Assembly: GCA_016711085.1 (NCBI GenBank)
Contig: JADJTR010000005.1
Span: forward strand, 230,727 to 294,726
DNA length: 64,000 nt
Origin: Phyllobacteriaceae bacterium
GTDB taxonomy: Bacteria; Pseudomonadota; Alphaproteobacteria; Rhizobiales; Rhizobiaceae
Direction of reading: 5' to 3'
The translations under genes were made by a program, and so were the position numbers. Each line of letters begins with the position of its first letter. Position 1 is the first letter of the stretch. Below the pieces are notes generated by a model. That model had not been told where the DNA came from and did not search any database. It worked only from the letters and a program-made list of their open reading frames with translations. Positions 41,653 to 49,056 of this stretch are shown piece after piece.

Positions 41653-43859
41653 TCAGAGCACCAGCGCCAACAATTTCTCGATGGCGTCGCGCAGCGCCAA
41701 CAATGCCGCCTGCCCTTGCGGCGTCGTGGCAATCGATGCCGTCGCACCGATGAAGGCGTAGACCCTTTCGAGAAAGCCGATGGTCCCGAGCACGAACCGG
41801 CGCTTCGGCGTCACGATGGTGGAAGGTTTCCCCGAATCCGCCTGCGTCGGAACGACACTCGACAGATCGGCGGCTTCCTCCCGGATTTGCTGAACAACCC
41901 TGTCGAACGCCGGCGTCGTCATGTCGCTGTCCGAAAGCTCGTTCAGCGCATCCACCACTTTTTCGATCGGTTCCGTCAGTCCCTTGCCGACAGCCTTCTC
42001 CTCGTCGATCGGCGCCTCCGCCATCGCCCGCTCGCGCGCCTCTGGCAGCGGGAAATGGGTAATGAGGAGAAAATGCTTGGCGAAGAACCGGCGGATCAGG
42101 TCGTCGAGTCCTGCCCCCCACATCTCGAAGTCGGCGTGATCGAATTCCTTCTGAAGCGGCCCGAAGAACGACCGCAGGAAATCGGTGTACGGTCGCGTGC
42201 CGCGTTCGCCAAGATGGGTTCGGTAATGAACCAGACAAGACCGAAATACCTTCGGCGCATTTCCGGGCAGGACTTCAATGATAGCATCGGCGAGCGCGCA
42301 TTGCAGACCGGGCATTTCTTTCAGATCGTCAGAGGAAAGCGGCGTATCGAGGTCGGGATTGGCCGTGACGTCAATGCGCGTCTTGCCACCTTCCGCCTTG
42401 CCGATGGGGATCGGCGTTGTCGCGTGTTTGAGGATGCCCTTGAGTTCTTCGCTCGACCTCCGGCCTGGCCGGTAGTCGAGCGCGCGCAGCACCGCGGCGC
42501 GCCGGTCCTCGGCGCTCAATCCGACGAGGTTGGTGTAGACAATTTGCCGGGCCAATGGATTGAGTTCGGTCGGCTTCAACAGGAACGGAAACAATCGGTG
42601 GCGCTCGCCACCGGGATCGGCGGCGTAGGCCGCCGCCCACTCCGCCTGGCAATGATCGGACGCTTCATAGTCCGGCGAATACAAGGCGATCACCCTTCCC
42701 GCTCCGGCCAACCTCGCTGAATCTCGCGCACGAAGTTTGCGCCAGGCTGGAAATCGCGAAACTGGACGCGTGTCGTATATCCGGCGGAACGAACGATCTC
42801 GTCGATCTCGCGCGCGGCGCTTTCGTCCTTGTGCGAATAGCTGATGAAGAAATCCCATTGCGGTCCCCCGCCGGCTTCGGCCACGCCATCGCCGCCCATG
42901 ACAATGGCGCCGGCATCTTGCGCGGGGCGGACTTCGGGGGGATCGGAAGGCGGATCGGCCGGATCGGTCTCGGCTAGTTTGCGCCGGGCTTCCTCGACCC
43001 AGGAGGCGATTTCGCCATTGATCGCCTCCGCCGGCCGATCCCAGAAATCCTTTCGCCCGTCGCCGAGCGCGATGCGGCGGTCGAGTTCCTCGGCCATTTC
43101 GCGCGGCAGGCCGAAAGACGGCGCGGCGGCGACGCGGGCGCGAAACCATTCGCTCCAGATCGGCCAGTTTGTTTTGGGAAAGCGGTCCGGATCGGACGAC
43201 GGCGCGGTCGCCAGAGCCGTATCGAGGTGCCGGTGCTCCTTTTCCCACCAGTCCGGAGCCGCGCCCGGCCACAGCGGCCGGTCGGCCAGTTCGGCCGGCG
43301 GAACGCCGCTTTCTAGCGCTCGCGCATCGGCCGTCACGGCGGCCCAAACGGCGGCGGCGGCTCTGGCGGCGGCGGCGGCGTAGGCGGCGGCTCTGGCGGC
43401 GGCGTAGGCGTAGGCGGCGGCGTAGGCGTAGGCGGCGGCGTAGGCGTCGGCGGCGGCTCTGGCGGCGGCGACGGCTCTGGCGGCGGCTCTGGCGGCGGCG
43501 GCGGCGTAGGCGTAGGCGGCGGCGTAGGCGTAGGCGGCGACGGCGTCGGCGGCGGCTCTGGCGGCGGCGTAGGCGTAGGCGGCGGCTCTGGCGGCGGCTC
43601 GTTCGATTTCGCGGGTCGGATATGTGGCGGCGACCCGCGAAATCGCGTTCGCCCGAAAAACCGCTTCTGTCAAGCGCGGAGCAATCGCCGGATCCGCGAA
43701 TCCGGCGCGCCAGGCGCGACCGGCAAAGGGCAGTGCGCGCATGGCCGCGCGCAGCGCGACGACTTTCGAAAACGCGATGCCATTGCTTTCCGGTCGCGCC
43801 TTCAGCCACGCCTCGACCTGATTGGCGTTCCTAAATCCCCCCTTCGGTATCCCCGCCAT
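41653..43859 (-). pseudogene. TIR-domain protein (~735 codons) with unassigned N- and C-terminal regions; reading frame interrupted once near 42710
   Basis: N-terminal part is in ORF 42690..44075 from MAGIPKGGF (ATG 43859). C-terminal part is in ORF 41653..43809. TIR core is WDFFISYSHKDESAAREIDEIVRSAGYTTRVQFRDFQPGANFVREIQRG / LAGAGRVIALYSPDYEASDHCQAEWAAAYA (about 42470-42854). The halves join if 1 nt is restored at 42708-42713. Confidence 0.75.
43348..43600 (-). repeat. in-frame triplet/hexamer microsatellite encoding an Ala/Tyr/Arg tract inside the TIR gene
   Basis: Plus strand is built only from GGC, TCT, GTA, GTC and GAC triplets. On the coding strand this reads RAAARAAAYAYAAARAAADAVAAYAYAAAYAYAAAAARAAARAVAAARAAADAYAAAYAYAAAYAYAAARAAAYAAAAARAAAA. 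All six frames are open across it. Confidence 0.9.
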
Positions 43860-43941
43860 GATGGGTCCCTTTCCCGCACGCAGAAGTGGCGGGATTGTCG
43901 GGGAAATCAAGGGGCGAGGAGGAATCGTTCCCCTCTCCGGC

Positions 43942-44133
43942 TCGCTTCGCTCGCCACCTTGTAACTCTTCATGTGCCGAATCCGGTATGGTGCCGGTTGC
44001 GGTGGCGGACGGGAGACCGACCCACCTCTGGGCGTGCGAGCCCGTGGGAGGCCGGGTCGCCGTCCGCCGTTCCATCGAACCCGAACAGTCGCATGGGCCG
44101 CAAGCGAAGCCCGTTTAGGCAAGGATGGGAAAG
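43942..44133 (+). ncRNA. candidate IS110 bridge (guide) RNA region, copy A
   Basis: ~190-nt non-coding stretch 5' of the recombinase ORF, GC-rich with several short stem-loops (e.g. GGTGCCGGTTGCGGTGGC...). This is where IS110-subgroup elements encode their bridge RNA. No covariance model was run. Confidence 0.3.
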
Positions 44134-45046
44134 ATGGACGCCATTGTTGTGGGGATCGACGTTTCGAAGGATCGTCTTGACGTATGTGTGACGCCGTCCG
44201 GGAGGCGATGGCTGAAGCCAATGACGCGGCCGGGGTCGAGAAGCTCGCGTTGCCGGGGGCTGACGCCGGCGGTGGCGCTGGGGCGACCGGGGGCTACGAG
44301 ACGCTGGCGGCGGCGCTTTTCGGCTGGGCTTGGCCGTGGTCGTGGTCAACCGGCGCAGGTGCGTTCGTTCGCCGTGCGCTCGGCAAGCGGGCCAAGACCG
44401 ACCCGATCGATGCGGAAGTGATTGCCCGTTTCGCCGCGGCGAGCGGCGTCAGGCCCAAGCCGCTGCCCGATGAACAAAGCCGCTTGCTGGCCGATCTGGT
44501 GACCCGCCGGCGGCAGATCATAGCCATGATCGTGGCCGAGAAGCCCGGCTGAAGCGGGCCGCCAACCGCCAACTCAAAGGCATTGGCCGCCTGCTCGCGG
44601 CGCTTCGGCGCGAACTCAGGACCCTCGACGCCGATCTGGACAAGCAGATACGCAGCTCGCCGGCGTGGCGCATCAAGGAGCAACTGCTGTCGTCCGTGCC
44701 CGGCGTCGGCAAGGCATATCGCGCACCCTGATTGCCGAGCTGCCGGAGATCAGCAGCCTCGACCGCCGCCAGATCGCTTCGCTGGCCGGCCTCGCTCCGT
44801 TCCCCGGCAGTCCGGCAAATGGCGAGGCAAGAGCTTCATCAGCGGCGGCAGGGCGAGCGTGCGCGCCGCCCTCTTCTGGGCGCTTTGGTCGCTTCGCGAC
44901 ACAATCCGTCCTCAAGGCCTTCCGCGACAAACTCGTCGCGCAGGAAAACCAGGATCGTCGCCATCGTCGCGACAGCCCGCAAACTGCTCACCATCCTCAA
45001 CGCCATCATTCGGGAAAACCAACCATGGCGCCAACAAAACGCTTGA
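44134..45046 (+). pseudogene. IS110-family transposase, copy A, multiple frame breaks
   Basis: Pieces are in ORFs 44125..44421, 44184..44552, 44583.., 44665.. and 44732..45046. ATG 44134 is taken as the start because the upstream ATG is out of frame in copy B. Confidence 0.8.
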
Positions 45047-45060
45047 CCGCCAAGACAGTC

Positions 45061-45129
45061 GCTCTCCCCGTGAACGGGGCGAGGTTGAACCAGCGCCTCC
45101 TTTAACCTCGCCCCGCTTGCGGGGAGAGC
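45061..45129. repeat. centre of the IS110 palindrome: two inverted REP-like hairpins around a 17-nt unique spacer
   Basis: GCTCTCCCCG-tgaa-CGGGGCGAGG tt [gaaccagcgcctccttt, 45087-45103] aa CCTCGCCCCG-cttg-CGGGGAGAGC. Confidence 0.7.
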
Positions 45130-45143
45130 GACTGTCTTGGCGG

Positions 45144-46073
45144 TCAAGCGTTTTGTTGGCGCCATGGTTGGTTTTCCCGAATGATGGCGTTGAGGATGGT
45201 GAGCAGTTTGCGGGCTGTCGCGACGATGGCGACGATCCTGGCTTCCCTGCGCGACGAGTTTGTCGCGGAAGGCCTTGAGGGACTGGATTGTGTCGCGAAG
45301 CGACCAAAGCGCCCATGAAGAGGGCGGCGCGCACGCTCGCCCTGCCGCCGCTGATGGGCTTTCGCCTGCCATTTGCCGGACTGGGTGAACGGGAGCGAGG
45401 CCGGCCAGCGAAGCGATCTGGCGGCGGTCGAGGCTGCCGATCTCCGGCAGCCCGGCAATCAGGTGCGCGATATGCCCTTGCCGACGCCGGGCACGGACGA
45501 CAGCAGTTGCTCCTTGATGCGCCACGCCGGCGAGCTGCGTATCTGCTTGTCCAGATCGGCGTCGAGGGTCTCGAGTTCGCGCCGAAGCGCCGCGAGCAGG
45601 CGGCCAATGCTCTTCTTGAGTTGGCGGTTGGCGGCCCGCTTCAGCCGGGCTTCCTCGGCCACGATCATGGCCGATGATCTGCCGCCGGCGGGTCACCAGA
45701 TCGGCCAGCAAGCGGCTTTGTTCATCGGGCAGCGGCTTGGGCCTGACGCCGCTCGCCGCGGCGAAACGGGCAATCACTTCCGCATCGATCGGGTCGGTCT
45801 TGGCCCGCTTGCCGAGCGCATCGGCGAACGAACGCACCTGCGCCGGGTTGACCACGACCACGGCCAAGCCCGCAGCCGAAAGCGCCGCCGCCGCCAGCGT
45901 CTCGTAGCCCCCGGTCGCCTCCAGCGCCACAAGCGCCGGCGTCAGCCCGGCCGCGCAACGCGAGCTTCTCGACCCCGGCCGCGTCATTGGCTTCAGCCAT
46001 CGCCTCCCCGGACGGCGTCACATACGTCAAGACGATCCTTCGAAACGTCGATCCCCACAACAATGGCGTCCAT
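45144..46073 (-). pseudogene. IS110-family transposase, copy B, multiple frame breaks
   Basis: Pieces are in ORFs 45144..45458, 45459..45668, 44912..45607, 44839..45987 and 45993..46223. Start MDAIVVGIDVSKD at 46073. Confidence 0.8.
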
Positions 46074-46264
46074 CTTCTCCCATCCTTGCCTAAACGGGCT
46101 TCGCTTGCGGCCCAGGCGACTGTTCGGGTTCGATGGAACGGCGGACGGCGACCCAGGCTCTCCCACGGGCTCGCACGCCCAGAGGTGGGTCGGTCTCCCG
46201 TCCGCCACCGCAACCGGCACCATACCGGATTCGGCACATGAAGAGTTACAAGGTGGCCCGAAGG
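46074..46264 (-). ncRNA. candidate IS110 bridge (guide) RNA region, copy B
   Basis: Mirror image of 43942-44133 with a few substitutions and indels. Same reasoning as for copy A. Confidence 0.3.
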
Positions 46265-46310
46265 GCCGGAGAGGGGTCGCCCGAAGCCGACGGGTTGGGG
46301 AAAAGCCGCC

Positions 46311-47273
46311 CTACTCCGCCAGATGGCAGGCCACCTCCGCCGCGCCGAGACGGCGCAAGCCCGGCCGCTCGCTCGCGCAGCGCGCGACCGCGATCGGGCA
46401 GCGCGGATGAAAGGCGCAGCCCGACGGCGGGTCGATGGGCGACGGCAATTCGCCGGTCAGCACGATGCGCTCCTTTTTGCGCCGCGGGTCGGCCACTGGC
46501 GTCGCCGACAGCAGCGCGCGTGTGTAGGGGTGGCGAGGTCGGGCGAAGATTTCGTCGCGCGGGCCGGCCTCCACGGCGCGACCGAGATACATCACCATCA
46601 CCTCGTCGGCGACATGGCGCACCACGGAGAGATCGTGGGAAATGAACAGATAGGCAAGGCTCAACCGCTCTTGCAATTCGCCGATCAGGTTCAGCACCTG
46701 CGCCTGGATCGAGATGTCGAGCGCCGAGACCGGCTCGTCGAGCACGAGGATGTCGGGCGACAGCATCAGCGAGCGGGCAATCGCGATGCGCTGGCGCTGG
46801 CCGCCGGAAAACATGTGCGGGTAGCGCTCGCCGAATTCCGGACGCAGGCCGACCGCCTCCATCATCTCGGCGACGGCGTTGCGCCGCTCGTCCGCCCCGC
46901 CGCGATTGTTGACGATCAGCGGCTCCTCCAGCGCGTCGCGCACCCGCTGGCGCGGATTGAGCGAGCCATAGGGATTCTGGAAGACGATCTGCACCTTCGG
47001 CCGCAACACCGCCCGTTCGGCGGCGGTCGCCCTGGCGATATCGATGTCGTCGATGACCAGCGAGCCTTCCGACGGCGGCTCGATCATGGCGACGAGGCGG
47101 GCGAGCGTCGATTTCCCGCAGCCGGATTCGCCGACCACGGCGAGCGTCCTTTTGCGCCGCAGCGTGAACGAGGCGTCGGCGAGCGCGTTGACGGTCGCCA
47201 GTTCGCGGAATGCGCCCCTCGACACGGCATAGCGCCGCGCCAGGTTTTTCGCGGTGAGCACGATGTCGCTCAT
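46311..47273 (-). CDS. dppF: dipeptide ABC transporter ATP-binding protein
   Basis: In-frame tail of ORF 46311..48092 from [11 protein letters not shown] (47273). [25 protein letters not shown], and the oligopeptide C-terminal domain (HPYTRALL...CAFHPRCP). Confidence 0.85.
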   Translation of the reverse strand: MSDIVLTAKNLARRYAVSRGAFRELATVNALADASFTLRRKRTLAVVGESGCGKSTLARLVAMIEPPSEGSLVIDDIDIARATAAERAVLRPKVQIVFQNPYGSLNPRQRVRDALEEPLIVNNRGGADERRNAVAEMMEAVGLRPEFGERYPHMFSGGQRQRIAIARSLMLSPDILVLDEPVSALDISIQAQVLNLIGELQERLSLAYLFISHDLSVVRHVADEVMVMYLGRAVEAGPRDEIFARPRHPYTRALLSATPVADPRRKKERIVLTGELPSPIDPPSGCAFHPRCPIAVARCASERPGLRRLGAAEVACHLAE

Positions 47274-48265
47274 GCCGCCCTCCCCGCCATGCCCGGATGG
47301 CCGGAGGGCGCGCCATGAACGAGAGGATAGTGGCAGAGCGCCTTGCCTTGTTCCGCGCGCGGCGGCGGCGTGGCGCGGCACAAATCGGTGGCGAAGCCGC
47401 AGCGCGGCGAAAACAGGCATCCGGTCGGCCGGTCGAACTGGCCGGGCACCACGCCGGAGATCGACGGCAGCCGCTTCTGCGTGGCGCGGGCCGGCAGGGC
47501 CGAGAGCAGCGCCGCGGTGTAAGGGTGACGCGGATCGTCGAACAGGCCGAGAACCGGCTGTTCCTCCACCTTCTGGCCGGCGTATTGCACCGAAACGCGC
47601 TCGGCCGTCTCCGCCACCACGCCCATGTCGTGGGTGATCAGCACCAGGCCCATGCCGGTCTCCGACTGGATTTTCACCAGCAGGTCGAGGATCTGCGCCT
47701 GGATGGTGACGTCGAGCGCCGTCGTCGGCTCGTCGGCGATCAGCAGTTTCGGATTGCAGGCGAGCGCCATGGCGATCATGACGCGCTGGTTCATGCCGCC
47801 GGAGAGTTGATGCGGAAACGTGCCGAGCCGCTTTTCCGGCGCTGGTATGCCGACCAGCGACAGCAATTCGATGACGCGGGTGCGCCGCGCCGACGCGTCC
47901 ATGGCGAGATGCGTCTTCAGCGCCTCGTCGAGCTGGAAGCCGATGGTGAAGCACGGATTGAGGCTCGACATCGGCTCCTGGAAGATCATGGCGATGTCCT
48001 TGCCGGTGATCGAGCGGCGCTCGGCCGCGCCGATCCTCAGCATGTCGCGGCCGTCGAACGCCATGCGGTCGGCCGTCACTTTCGCCGTCCACGGCAGCAG
48101 CCCCATCAGCGCCAGCATGGCGACCGACTTGCCGGAGCCGGATTCGCCGACGATCGCCACCACCTCGCGCGCATCGACGGCGAGCGTGACGGAATCCACC
48201 GCCCGGAACATGCCGTTGGCGGTCTGGAACTCGACGGTGAGGTTTTCGATCTCGAGCAAGGCCAT
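47270..48265 (-). CDS. dppD: dipeptide ABC transporter ATP-binding protein
   Basis: 331-aa [16 protein letters not shown]...GESGSGKSV...[14 protein letters not shown]...[12 protein letters not shown] overlap with dppF. Confidence 0.85.
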   Translation of the reverse strand: MALLEIENLTVEFQTANGMFRAVDSVTLAVDAREVVAIVGESGSGKSVAMLALMGLLPWTAKVTADRMAFDGRDMLRIGAAERRSITGKDIAMIFQEPMSSLNPCFTIGFQLDEALKTHLAMDASARRTRVIELLSLVGIPAPEKRLGTFPHQLSGGMNQRVMIAMALACNPKLLIADEPTTALDVTIQAQILDLLVKIQSETGMGLVLITHDMGVVAETAERVSVQYAGQKVEEQPVLGLFDDPRHPYTAALLSALPARATQKRLPSISGVVPGQFDRPTGCLFSPRCGFATDLCRATPPPRAEQGKALCHYPLVHGAPSGHPGMAGRAA

Positions 48266-48269
48266 GCTT

Positions 48270-49049
48270 TCATTTTCCCTTGCGAACGCCTATATTGCGC
48301 TTGGAACGGAGATTGCGGCCTTGCGTGGACCCATTCGCCCCATCGTCTGACAGGCTGTTCGGCGCCGAAGCGGTAGCGTCGGCTATGGCCTTGGCCGATT
48401 CCTCAAGCGCCGCGCGCGCGCCTCTTTCAACGCTCTCGATGCCCTGCCGGAAATCGATCCCCGCATCCGCGGCGTAGGATTCCAGCGCCTTGCGGGCGTT
48501 TTCGCCGCGTCGGCGAAGAACCCAGACCATGGCGATGAAATTCGCATTGTATTTGGCCTTCTCGGCGGCTGCTTGGCCGAGGAAAAGCGGATCGCGCATG
48601 TCGTGGATCATCAGGTTGGTCTGCTTGGCGGCCCGATAATAGGCAACGACATCGTGAATGATCTCGGACGGCAGGATCGACAGGTCGTCCACCAGGCTTT
48701 CGAACACGAAATCCGTTTCGTCCGGCGTGGCGAACGGGGTCGCCTGGCCAATGGCGTAAGCGATCTCCTCCGGGCGCAATTGATCGTCGGTGAGCACAAT
48801 CGCGCTGAGGATTTCCGCGTGGAGCGCTCGCACCATGTCGCCGACGCGTTCGTTGCGGGCTTTTTCTGCGCGCGCGATTTCGGCCCGGCGTTCTTCTCTT
48901 TCCCGGTTTCGCTCGCCCCTTTGGGTCAACACGTAGGTCAGGACGCCCGTAAATGTCGCCAGAACCGCCGCCACGATTGTCGCCGCGCCACCGATCAGCG
49001 CGTCGAACACGTCCGGATTGGCGAGGACGGATGACCACCGATTGTCCAT
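48270..49049 (-). CDS. hypothetical membrane-anchored protein embedded in the dpp operon
   Basis: 259-aa ORF. One N-terminal TM (ALIGGAATIVAAVLATFTGVLTYVL), a charged helix (RGERNREREERRAEIARAEKARNER), then an unassigned ~190-aa region. 7-nt gap after the dppC stop (containing GAGGGG) and 4-nt gap before the dppD ATG. Visibly lower G+C than its neighbours. Confidence 0.6.
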   Translation of the reverse strand: MDNRWSSVLANPDVFDALIGGAATIVAAVLATFTGVLTYVLTQRGERNREREERRAEIARAEKARNERVGDMVRALHAEILSAIVLTDDQLRPEEIAYAIGQATPFATPDETDFVFESLVDDLSILPSEIIHDVVAYYRAAKQTNLMIHDMRDPLFLGQAAAEKAKYNANFIAMVWVLRRRGENARKALESYAADAGIDFRQGIESVERGARAALEESAKAIADATASAPNSLSDDGANGSTQGRNLRSKRNIGVRKGK

Positions 49050-49056
49050 CCGCCCC

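Larger units (their letters stand above)
43930..45086 (+). mobile_element. IS110-family insertion sequence, copy A (degenerate); boundaries +/-15 bp
   Basis: ~200-nt non-coding left end, then a DEDD-type transposase reading MDAIVVGIDVSKDRLDV...NPAQVRSF...KTDPIDAEVIARFA...SVPGVGK...IASLAGLAP...KLLTILNAIIRENQPW spread over at least 4 frames. No terminal inverted repeats, as expected for IS110. Confidence 0.8.
45104..46276 (-). mobile_element. IS110-family insertion sequence, copy B (degenerate), inverted relative to copy A
   Basis: The reverse complement aligns with copy A end to end, with scattered substitutions and small indels (e.g. GGGAGGCCGGGTCGCC vs GGGAGAGCCTGGGTCGCC). Transposase pieces are spread over several frames. 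Confidence 0.8.

Noticed and set aside
42379-42402. Walker-A-like string GKAEGGKT in the region after the TIR domain, which might make it a STAND/NLR-type NTPase
   Set aside because: It matches GxxxxGK[ST] only formally. There is no preceding hydrophobic beta-strand, no Walker B (hhhhD/E) downstream, and the surrounding sequence looks like a linker. I treat it as coincidental until a profile search says otherwise.
43348-43600. The repeat tract considered as a CRISPR array
   Set aside because: The units are 3-12 nt with no spacers, the tract lies inside an ORF and keeps the frame, and there are no cas genes in the window.
43169-43834. 221-aa + strand ORF (RRRRLWRRRR...)
   Set aside because: It is simply the triplet repeat read in another frame or strand. 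All six frames are open across the tract.
43860-44075. Upstream extension of the TIR ORF to the ATG at 44075
   Set aside because: The extension runs into the IS110 non-coding end and REP arm, and it reads as Pro/Thr/Arg-rich non-protein-like sequence. The ATG at 43859 has an AAGGGA-type RBS and begins protein-like sequence.
44839-45987. 382-aa reverse ORF spanning the palindrome centre
   Set aside because: It is a chimeric reading frame that runs from IS copy B across the centre into the antisense of copy A. It is an artefact of the inverted duplication and not a gene.
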